Assembly: GCA_903813345.2 (NCBI GenBank)
Contig: CAIIXF020000001.1
Coordinates: 48,670,001-48,734,000 of the forward strand
Source: Owenia fusiformis
Lineage: Eukaryota
Direction of reading: 5' to 3'
DNA: 64,000 nucleotides
The notes beneath the pieces were generated by a model. That model had not been told where the DNA came from. It saw only the letters and a list, made by a program, of their open reading frames with translations, and did no database searches. Shown in pieces: positions 37,205 to 48,638 of this stretch. Position 1 is the first letter of the stretch, and each line of letters starts with the position of its first letter. Made by a program: the position numbers and the translations under genes.

Positions 37205-39565
37205 GATACCTGGGTAAATTGATAGTTAACCATGAAGGTCCTAAGGGTAGTTCCTCTCCCTGAGAGTTAATCATATAGGTCTTGAGGGTAGGTCAACCTC
37301 ACTGACAGTTAGCCATAAAGGTCCCAAGGGTAGTTCCTCTCCCCAAGAGTCAATCATATAGGTCCTGAAGGTAAATCAACCTCACTGATAGTTAACAATG
37401 AAGGTCCTGAGGGTAGTTCCTCTCCTTGAGAGTCAGTCTTATGGTAGGTCAACCTCATTGACAATAACCATAAAGGTCCCAAGGGTAGTTCTTCTCACCA
37501 AGAGTCAATCACATAGGTCCTGAGGGTAGGGCAACCTCACTGACAGTAACCATAAAGGTCCTGAGGGTAGTTCCTCTCCTTGAGAGTCAATCATATAGGT
37601 CCTGAGGGTAGGTCAACCTCACTGACAGTAACCATAAAGGTCCTGAGGGTAGTTCCTCTATTTGAGAGTCAATCATATAGGTCCTGAGGGTAGGTCAACT
37701 TCACTGACAGTAACCATGAAGGTCCTGAGATTAGTTCCTCTCCCCAAGAGTCAATCATATAGGTCCTGAGGGTAGGTCAACCTCACTGACAATAAACATA
37801 AAGGTCCCAAGGGTAGTTCCTCTCACCAAGAGTCAATCATAAAGGTCCTGAGGGTAGGTCAACCTCACTGATAGTTAACAATGAAGGTCCTGAGGGTAGT
37901 TCCTCTCCTTGAGAGTCAGTCTTACAGGTCCCGAGGGTAGGTCAACCTCACTGACAATAACCATAAAGGTCCCAAGGGTAGTTCCTCTCCTTGAGAGTCA
38001 GTCTTATAGGTCCCGAGGGTAGGTCAACCTCACTGACAATAACCATAAAGGTCCCAAGGGTAGTTCCTCTCACCAAGAGTCAATCATATAGGTCCTGAGG
38101 GTAGGTTAACCTCACTGACAGTAACCATAAAGGTCCTGAGGGTAGTTCCTCTATTTAAGAGTCAATCATATAGGTCCTGAGGGTAGGTCAACTTCACTGA
38201 CAGTAACCATGAAGGTCCTGAGAGTAGTTTCTCTCCCCAAGAGTCAATCATATAGGTCCTGAGGGTAGGTCAACCTCACTGACAATAAACATAAAGGTCC
38301 CAAGGGTAGTTCCTCTCACCAAGAGTCAATCATATAGGTCCTGAGGGTAGGTCAACCTCACTGATAGTTAACAATGAAGGTCCTGAGGGTAGTTCCTCTC
38401 CTTGAGAGTCAGTCTTATAGGTCCCGAGGGTAGGTCAACCTCACTGACAATAACCATAAAGGTCCCAAGGGTAGTTCCTCTCACCGAGAGTCAATCATAT
38501 AGGTCCTGAGGGTAGGTCAACCTCACTGACAGTAACCATAAAGGTCCGGAGGGTAGTTCCTCTACTTGAGAGTCAATCATACAGGTCCTGAGGGTAGGTC
38601 AACTTCACTGACAGTAACCATGAAGGTCCTGATAGTAGTTTCTCTCCCAAAGAGTCAATCATATAGGTCCTGAGGGTAGGTCAACCTCACTGATAATGTC
38701 CCAAGGGTAGTTTCTCTCCCTGAGAGTCAATCATATAGGTCTTAAGGGTACGTCAACCTCACTGATAGTTAACCATGAAGGTCCTGAGGGTAGTTCCTTT
38801 ACTTGAGATTCAATCATATAGGTCTTGAGGGTAGGTCAACCTCACTGACAATAACCATAAAGCTCCCAAGGGTAGTTCCTCTCCCCAAGAGTCAATCATA
38901 TAGGTCCTGAGGGTGGGTCAACCTCACTGATAGTTAACCATGAAGGTCCTGAGGGTAGTTTCTCTCCCCAAGAGTCAAACATATAGGTCCCGAGGGTAGG
39001 TCAACCTCACTGATAGTTAACAATGAAGGTCCTGAGAGTAGTTTCTCTCCCCAAGAGTCAATCATTTAGGTCCCGAGGGTAGGTCAACCTCATTGATAGT
39101 TAAGCATGAATGTCCTGAGGGTAGGTCAACCTCACTGACAATAACCATGAAGGTCCTGAGGGTAGTTCCTCTCCTTGAGAGTCAATCATCTAGGTCCTGA
39201 GGGTAGGTCAACTTCACTGACAGTAACCATGAAGGTCCTGAGAGTAGTTTCTCTCCCCAAGAGTCAATCATATAGGTCCCGAGGGTATGTCAACCTCACT
39301 GACAGTAACCATAAAGGTCCTGAGGGTAGTTCCTCTACTTGAGAGTCAATCATACAGGTCCTGAGGGTAGGTCAACTTCACTGACAGTAACCATGAAGGT
39401 ACTGAGGGTAGTTCCTCTCCCCAAGTGTCAATCATATAGGTCCTGAGGGTAGGTCAACCTCGCTGATAGTTAACCATGAAGGTCCTGAGGGTAGTTCCTC
39501 TCCCTGAGAGTCAATCATATAGGTCCTGATGGTAGGTTAACCTCACAGATAGTTAACCATGAAGG
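37205..39565 (+). repeat. Satellite array of alternating 41-bp A/B monomers (82-83-bp dimer, ~28 dimers)
   Basis: A = aggtcctgagggtaggtcaacctcactgacagtaaccataa; B = aggtcctgagggtagttcctctccttgagagtcaatcatat. ctgagggta recurs at 37561, 37602 and 37643. Confidence 0.95.
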
Positions 39566-42240
39566 GTTAGGGGGCACTTACTTTAAAATAACAAATAAAG
39601 CATCCGTTTTATATCACAAATTCATAAAAAAATATTTCTTACCATCATTGCATACATATTTTGTGTTCAAGATTTATTAGACAATCTAAGCTAAACATAT
39701 AGATGGACGGAAATACCATTCAAAATGTTTAATAAAGCACAGTGATACAAAAATATGTGACTGGGCACACAAAATTAGGGAGCACTTCTGATTAAAAAAC
39801 AAAGAATGCTCCCAATGTATAGCACAAATGACCCAAATCTCAGGGAATTTCAAACAAATATGATAATGTCATAAAGCTCTGCCATTGCACATCAACATTT
39901 AAAAAAATCATTATTAAAAAAATCCTTCATTTTGGAATTTGATGGGGGTATCACTATATTAAATAATAAAAACTATTTCTTACCACTTTGGTGTTTTACA
40001 GTAAGATGATCATTTCTACTAAATATTATATATATGAACTGAAACCATGCCCAAATTGTTTATTTAATGAACACTGGGAAACAATATCAGTTGAAGTGTG
40101 AATTTGGAAATGTCTTCAATAAATTATATTAGGTTCATGGTTTGGATATATGGAATTCCATTTATGAGGATTTTAGAAATAAACCATTGAATTCACTAAT
40201 CTCTATTTTAAAAACTAACCTCTTTAGTAGAGAATAAGCATAACATATTATTGTATTTCTTTATTGTCTCATATTATTGTATTGTTATATTGCATTATAC
40301 CATTGTATAGATGTACTCTTTGAATGCTCACAGTTGTTCATTTATATTGTAAAATTAATTATGGGCCATTATACATCCCCTGGGTTGTCAAAAGTCCGTA
40401 TAATGTTGTAATTTTGTTATGAAAAATTAAATAAATTATTTTCAAATTGAGGTGAAAAAGTTTTTGACAATGAAAAGGTATTAAAAAAGAGGTTAATTAC
40501 ATATGTGGGGCTACTTTAAAAATAGAAATGAAATAGAAGTGACTTCTTCTTGATTCTCCATTGTCATGATACACTTAAACATGTCTACTGAACATTTATC
40601 AACTCAAATTCCAACTAAATATTTTGCAAGAAAATGGGCTCAGCTACTAGAGTGTTCAACCTGACTTATCTCATCTGCAAACATTAATATAAAACTTTTT
40701 ATTTTCAGCAAAGTTAAAAAGGTACAGAGCCATGTTAACAAACAATATACAAGTCAGCAAAGAGTTGAACCAGGAAATATGGGACCATATGAACCAACAA
40801 ATATATGAATCAACAGATCTAGCTCCAAGAAAACTAATTATTATACAACTACCTGTAGAACCAGGTGAACAATCAAGCATAGTGCTGATTCATCAAATAT
40901 ACTCTATTGGATATATGGCCAATAAATCCAGTCTGGTGTAGGGCCAAGTGAAAAAAAACATTGTTTTGTATTACATAAGCCAACAGAAATAGAATTCTTG
41001 CAAAACAATCAAGTATAGCTTCTGCTGAATGATGGATATATGGCAAATTTAAAACTGAATGGTACAGAAACCTTTAAAATGCAAAGAAAAAGAGGCTACA
41101 CTGCCTTGCACTAGGAGGTTAATGCTAGTGACAAATGTAATAATTGTAATGATTATTAAGCAATGGACACATTCTTAAGGAATACTGTAATTTACCAAAT
41201 ATGTGAAGTTCAAATAATGAAAGTGTCTTAAAATGGATATAAAGTCTTTTAATGAGACTCCCATAATTTGGGGATACCTGTACTATACATTCCAAATATT
41301 CTAGCTCAGGAATCTTAGCAATTGGAGTGTCATTGATTGACATTCAAATCAATTATTTTAATTTGATCCTTTCAATGTTTGTTTATTGGAATTTCAACTT
41401 TATTTTTTCTGCTGGTGTTCTATGCATCTAGCATCATGTTTAATTATTTCTGTACAGCTTTTTTACTAGCCTGGAGTTTTGGGGCATGTGTAATTGAGGG
41501 CTTTCAATTCAAAGTAAATGAACGGTGCGCAATTTGGGATAGCATCAGGGCTACATGGAGGTCGGAGAGGATGGGGCACTTGGGCCAAGTTCACAAATAC
41601 ATGGACTTTCTCAAGTCTTATTCAAATCCTTTCCTTTAACCTTTGTGTAGTGTTCTGTGAATTAGATTCAGATACAAGTAATGGTTCATTAAGTGTTTTT
41701 AGATATTTGTATTGCCCTGTATGATGGTATACCATGACTGTTATTCACTGCTAAAGGCCCCATGCAAAATTTAAAAATACATTTTTATTAATCAATTTTT
41801 ATTTTAAGGACAAATCAAATTGCTGGAACTTCACCAGTACACCAATGTTCACAATCAATGGAATGAACCATATCACTTTATGAAAGCAAATCATCTGATT
41901 TCTTTTTTTCGGGGAACTGTAATTTTGATAAATTCTGTTCAGACCTTTCTTGAAAAATCGATTGTTCTATTATACAGTTTGCACCTTGTTCAATTAAGAT
42001 ATTTTGAGTAAAGCTTACATATTTTATAGTAAGAAAAATATTTGGTGGATTTCAAAAAATATGCTTTTTAAAAAAGAATATTTCCGAAAGGAGACGCCAT
42101 ATTATTTTCACCAGAGCTACATGTATGGCAATACAAAATATTCAACACAATTAATGTATTTACTAAGCCTCCTATCCAATCAGAACAATACATGTATAAG
42201 AGAAGATTAAACTGTATTCAGTAATAATTTCATCACTTTA

Positions 42241-42747
42241 CAGGGTGGGCCAATAAGAGTGGAACATTTTTCTATTTACTCAATTTTCTTTAATATTGCA
42301 GTTCAATCCACCAAAAATCAGTTAATGGTCATGGAAAGTTTCCAATTTTCTCTGCTTGAGACATCACCGCTGGAAATAGTCTCAACACAATGTCCATCAA
42401 TTAAAGATATGTAGTTATCCTTAGGAGAAGCTAGACATGTCCTCCTTGGGTTATTTAGCTTAACTGACCTCAGTTTTTTCAAAACTGGCACAAAATGTAC
42501 CAAAACCTATCATTTAAGCCATGTATGTCAAATACTGCTCAGACTGATTGTTCAGGTGGGTGGAGGACATGTTAAGGAAACCCTTACATTGAATGATTAA
42601 ATGTTAAGCTTGTATATTCATTTCCACTAGGTGTTGACAATAAATTGTTTTCAATTTCCTAAAGTACATGTATTGAAGATAATACATGACTAATATTACA
42701 TTTACAATGAATGGAAAAGATGTTCCAATTTTCTGTGGCCCACCCTG
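42241..42747. mobile_element. Tc1/mariner MITE with termini related to 2334-3459
   Basis: TA|CAGGGTGGGCCA...TGGCCCACCCTG|TA. Confidence 0.8.
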
Positions 42748-44272
42748 TAGATTGGGGATTGAGATTTTCTAATCTTGCCAATATTTGGTTAATATCTTAG
42801 TGAATATCTTTAAGCTATACTGTATAAAAATACTAAATGTTTTGAAATTGGTACATTTAATTGTAATTTGCAATGTGAAACTTGAACAAATAAAATATGC
42901 ATTTAACCCAATCATTTAATTTATTTCAGTTTGTGTTTTTGTGTTTGTGAACTTTAAAAATCTTATGGTGTAGTCACTTAAAAGTACAGTAGTATAGACT
43001 ATGAGGAGGAATCAATCTACTATTCTAGTAATTAGTCTATCAATTTATCTCTCTGAGCAGATATATCTAGTGTCACTTTCACTTGTCTCCCTCTGAAAGG
43101 CCATTCCCTGTATACATTTTAAACCTCTAATACTGGTAACTCTTCCTCCTAATGCCTTGTGATTTGATGTGCAGATGTGACCAAGGAAGTATCCAGCCAT
43201 GCTGTGGTTATTGAGAGAAACCTTTCTAGTACAAGGTTTTAATGCTGTATGTACCCTTCAGGGTAAACATTTCTAGTTACCCCCCCCCCCACCCTGGGGA
43301 TATGATTTCTGAAGCCAGTACTAATATGTAACCTACTAACACTTTAGTATCTTTTTATTTGCCCTTAGTAAAACTTCACCTTATAACTAAGAGTATGTCT
43401 TGTATGATTTTATCTCTTAAACGAGAAACATTTCTAATTTTGTTTCTTCAAGGACAATTGAACCTCTATAGTTACTGTATGTATTAATTTGTCCTCCCTA
43501 CATGCCCTAGGAGAAGTCCTTTTGCATCACAGCTTATCTTTATTTTATGTTGGGGGAGGGGTGCTTGATAATGGCTGTGAGCCAAGCGAACCGCGTCGAG
43601 TTAGCCAGCGAACGAGCGCAAAAATAGTGGGGTCTCTGGTCCCAGAAAATTTCGAAAATTAAACATCATTTGGTGCATTCTGAGCAATTTCAGAGCATAT
43701 ATTTTCACAGAATAAGTTGAACAGAATTAGAACAGAATCGTGTTTTAACACGACGTTAATGTTGACGCCGTGATAATGAACCTAATGAATGCTTTTAGTT
43801 GTTGGAACAATTTAGACTTATCTTTTATTTTAGATTCAACAAAATAATAATTATCTCTCAATTCGATTGTCTGGCAAAAGTACACCACCTCCTGCTAATG
43901 TCGATCTACAGTCTCTATTATCATTTAAAATAAGATAGCTTTCGAAATATCTACATTAATAAACGATAAAAGCCCTCTAAAAGTTGAGAATTGCATGATA
44001 TAATAAAACTAGCGCTATTTTTCGTAAAAATACGTTAAATTCGTTACTTTTCTAACTTAATTGCCTCATGGAACGAAAACGCGGTAAAATCCGAAAATGA
44101 GCTCTCCGTCCACTGTTACCCCTCACGAGAGCCAAATACCCCATTCTGAAAAATTAACGGACAAAAAGTACAAAATACCCCATCCACGCGCCTGATACCC
44201 CATGTCCACGCGCCTAATACCCCATTATGGGGTAAAAGGCGCGTGGCACGCGCCAGATACCCCATGTTATTT

Positions 44273-45916
44273 CCTTCAGTCAGTCAGTCAGTCCGCCCGT
44301 CTGTCCGGAAGATAACTGAATACTAGTTGACATATTTTCTTCATATTTGGTGGAAAGATAGTATATTGGTGAATAGTTTTACCACGGGCTGCTAGAGTTT
44401 CCACGTATATGGAGTATGACCGGTTCTTAGGCTACGAATATGACCTGTTTTGGAAAGTCATGAGAGGCACAGCTGCTTAAAAATGGAAAATAAAGGTTAA
44501 CTTCTATATTATCCTTTTTGAAATTGTGTTTGTTGAATATAGTTTATGCTGTATTTAATAGTAATGTAACAAAAAAATGTTAAACATGAGCTATTTTAGC
44601 AATGTAACTGTTCATAATGGAATATAAATCAAAAAGTACAGATTTCTCGCCTTAGAGCCAAATCATTAATATCACAGTAGAAAAAAACAAATCCCAAACC
44701 TTTTTATGGCTTACCTGAACAAGATCTCCAAATCCCAGTTTATATGATCCCCCGTAGAGTGAGCAAGAGAAGGATTTATCTTTTCCCAGAGGATACGCTT
44801 GTGAAATGTCATGGAAACGAGTGTAACACGGCATCCAAGACATTTCACAACCGTATTCTCCAATAATGGGGCACCAGTGACATTCGTATTCTCAGAAATT
44901 CAAAGATGTATCATATTTGGACAGAGCAGGCTAAATTATTTAAAATATTCATGACTAATTCGTAGATCTAGCTATATATTATACATAAGATGTGTCATCC
45001 TCTTCGGAGTTGCGTTGTGTTACACAAAAACTGATCAAAGATGCTGGAAACTAGGATTTAACGGCTTCAATCTAATATTAATACGTTGTATTATGCCTGG
45101 CATTATAAGTATACCAAGTATCATTCATTGACCAAGTAGGATAAAAAGAAAACGTTCGAAAGTGTTCATAAAAAGCAAGTACTCACCTCGTCTGTTTATA
45201 TGAACAGAAATACGGTCACACTCGTAAGCTTAGAACCGGTCATACTCAATATACGCGGATACTCTAGCAACCCGTGTTTACGCAAAAAAATGGCGGGAAT
45301 TTTTCGCAAAAATCTTATGTTTTTCATTTTAAACCAAAATAATAAATATTATTATTTGAAATTTTAGTAGTATATTAACAACATCTATTTATTTCACATA
45401 TATCCCGGGTTTTTCACCCTGACCCCCAGGGGCCATAAATGGGGGATTGGGAAAACAGGAATTTGCGTTAATTTTGAGATGTTTTTGAAGTATAGCTTTA
45501 TTATACTCAAATGAAAGGCAATTTAGAGTAGGCCTAGATTGTAAATATTGTAGCGTTTATCAGATTCGGGCCTCAAAAAATTCTAAATGGCCGCCTAATG
45601 CGGGATTTCGCAAAACTTTTCTGATCTCTTAAAAGTATGGCTATATTATACTCAAATTGAAGGTATTTCAGAGTAGATCACAATTATGGCATTGTTTTTT
45701 GATTTGCGCCTCTGAAAATTCAAAATGGCTGACTAGAGCAGAAATTCGTCATTACTTAGAGTTATCTTAAAAGTATGGTTACATTATACTACAATGATTT
45801 GAAATATTTATTGAAGGTAAGAGTAGGTGGTAAATATTACATTGTGACTGTACAGATTGATGGCTTATATAGTGTTCGTTGGGATTTGCCACTCCGTGGA
45901 GTTGCCATTTTCTAGT
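44273..45916 (+). mobile_element. HINE-like element, 3' part (continuation of 22107-22176)
   Basis: Starts inside the microsatellite (gtca/gtcc), then ggaagataactg...tcatatttggtggaaagat as in the 63690 copy. Ends with gttcgttggga (exact inverse of 22110-22120), hairpin and CTAGT. Confidence 0.78.
44383..45276. mobile_element. MITE with CAC termini and 5-bp TSD (Transib-like signature)
   Basis: TTTAC|CACGGGCTGCTAGAGT...ACTCTAGCAACCCGTG|TTTAC with ~45-bp TIRs. The empty site aatagttgtacgcaa at ~63760 confirms the TSD length. Confidence 0.75.
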
Positions 45917-47940
45917 TTACTCATGGCGAGTGAAGTTAATGATTTAATTGATAAGTGCAAATGTTTTCAATTTTAAACCGGCAGTGAATCTCTTCAATGT
46001 TCTCCTAATTTTGAACGGAAATTTAATAATTATATTGGGTAGAAGGCGTACATATATCTTAAGTTGATGTTTATTGACCCCTTTAATGAAAAATCAATAT
46101 TATTTTCTGATAATTTACTCATTTGAAGCGGTACAAATAACAGCAATTGACCAAGGATTTACATGTAAACTCAACTCAACTGTTCTTTCGCGGGAAAAGT
46201 TTCTATCATTGACGTCACAGATTTTTAAGCTGCTTAGTATAATATTCGTGAGCTGACTTTATGGAAAGGTGAATACGATTTAATTATCAAAAATTAAAGC
46301 ACGAGCCATGTCCAAATAGTACTACATGTAGTGGTACTAGCAGCTCTTATTATAAGTAACTTAGTTATTTTAAGTTATTATTTATAGTTGAATCAAAACT
46401 GGTAGCCAGATTTAATATTTAGTTTATGCCGACCACTTGCATACTGTTTGAGATTTGAAAGTCACATTTCAAAATGGCATATAATCCGAAAATGCGGCAG
46501 GTCACTCTTTGTTTTAGTATATACCCCATATGTACTCTGTAAACAAAGACAAAATGAGAAGTCTTTTCATTTGAACATTTAATGTTTACAGGGTCTTATT
46601 GGCATTTAAAGGCATTTTGCTTTTCAACTCCTATCGGGGAAGATAAAACGTACTAATGACTGGACACATGGCCTAACTGGTGATTAGTACATTTCATCTT
46701 CCCTGCACTAAATCAGTTTTTGCGAACCCTATACATGCAATACACATATTTCTAAAAGTACATCAGAAACGAATATTTGTGTGACTGGAAAAATCCAAGT
46801 ATTAGTAGTTAATTAATTCTGTTCTATTCTCACACAGCTGTATACTTTATAGCATTGTCAGAGTCACACTTTTTCAACATTTCGGCAGTCAGGCATCGTT
46901 TGTGTATTTAGCTTTCTCGGATTATCAAACTGCCATCTTTATTAAATATCTATACACTCAGATTCATGCTTATAGTTACCCATACCGTATAAAGATGGCA
47001 GTTTAGCTACCAAACACTAGCTGCACTGGAAAATTCTAGATTTTCCGCCCACGTTTGAGTGGCCTCGTCGCATGACATTTTTATCAAATTATTTGCCATT
47101 AAAATTTTAAGTGTCGCCGAATGAACATTTTATTCAAGAATATGGAATAAAAGAGAGGAAAATCAAAAAAGAAACAACAGAAAACAAATCACCGAATTAC
47201 ACAATACAATTAAACAACAGTTATTTGCATGATAGATAATAAACATGAAAAGACGTACACATAGATTTGACATTATGCAATTTATTGTACTAACTACTTT
47301 TACTATGACAACAAAATTACAGGTTGATTCAGTGAACTTGAATCAATTACCCAAATAAAAGGCCAAACCTTCCGATATCAAGGAAACAGGCTCCGAAAAT
47401 CACGATCAAACACAAACGTAAATCTTCTACGGCACCCATCATCACATATAACCATTAAAATTAAGGTTATTTTATTGATTTTTGTCCTGCTCAAATATTT
47501 CTGGTAGCCGTTCACTTCTTTTGTCCTGTACTATTACTCGAGTCGTTTGCACTTTATCTGTGACTTCGGCGAATTGAAGAGCTCTGCACCGATCCTTATC
47601 ATATCATAGTGATTGACATTTACATAAGTTAGGTAAACAAACAAAAGTCTTCAAAAGATGTATATTTTGAAATAATTTTACGTATTAGAGATACCAATGC
47701 AGTAAAGCTAATTTGTTTATTGAACTACAGAAGTGTAGTAAACAGGTAAACCACCCTGGAACCCCAGATACTAACTAGTTTTGAACTTAAGCCGAAGCCC
47801 TCTTTTAAGAAGCGAAGTCGAACGAATGCAAAGGTTAGATACTAACACTAATGTATTACTATAACACTAAAAACAATCACTAAAATCAATTTGCATAAAA
47901 ATATCCAAGTGAAATTTAACACCATACTAAAGACAACTTC

Positions 47941-48638
47941 TTTATTATGTCACCACTAAAAAGTGGTGACGCGGCGGGTGGCGATTGGTCCCGGGCGATT
48001 GGTGGTTGGCGTCTCTTAGAACTTCCAATAACTTAACAAAGACTTTTTACACTGACTTCATTTTTTCAAAATCATCTACAAATTTTCAGAAGTTCAAATC
48101 TGACTTTAGATTTAAGTATTGACCTTCAATGACCTTCTCAAGGTCAAAAAGCTTTAAAATGTCAAAAGGTCTTTTTTCAACTTGTTTCAAATTGACAAAT
48201 TTTTTTCAAAATCATCTACAAGTTCTCAGAAGTTCAAATCTAGATTAAGATTTGTGATTTCACCTAAGGTATAAAGGTAAAAAAGTTTTTTTCATCTGGG
48301 TTCAAATTGACCATTTTTTCAAAATCATCTACAATTTTTCAAAAGTTCAAATCTGACTATAGATCTGAGGTTTGAACTTCAAAGATCTTTTCAAGGTAAA
48401 AAAGGTCCAAAATTGCTTCAAATTGACGATTTTTTTCAAAATCATCTACATGTTCTCAGAACTTCAACTCTGACTTTAGATTTTAGGTTTCACCTTCAAT
48501 GACCTTCTCGGGGTCTCGGGGTTTTTTAAAATCATTAACAAGTTCTCAGAAATTCAAATCTGACTTAAGATTGAACTCATAATATTGTGAGCAACTAGTA
48601 GTGGTGACATTTTGTAAGGTGTTAACAACTTTTTCTAA
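47941..48638 (+). mobile_element. Second HINE-like family with central tandem repeats
   Basis: Sub-TIRs tgtcaccacta / tagtggtgaca and a 5' hairpin. About five units of ttttttcaaaatcatctaca..ttctcagaagttcaaatctgactt. Confidence 0.7.

Larger units (their letters stand above)
22177..44272. mobile_element. Candidate ~22-kb insertion of unknown class splitting a HINE
   Basis: Flanked by CCTCCA (22171-22176) and CCTTCA (44273-44278). Both ends carry the same motifs (taccccatg, ctccgtccac, ccacgcgcctgatacccc or its reverse complement). The flanks rejoin into a complete HINE. Confidence 0.55.

Noticed and set aside
37205..39565. CRISPR-like appearance (constant 15-bp head plus variable remainder)
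   Set aside because: The 'spacers' are only two alternating, recurring sequences, there are no cas genes, and the context is eukaryotic. It is a satellite.
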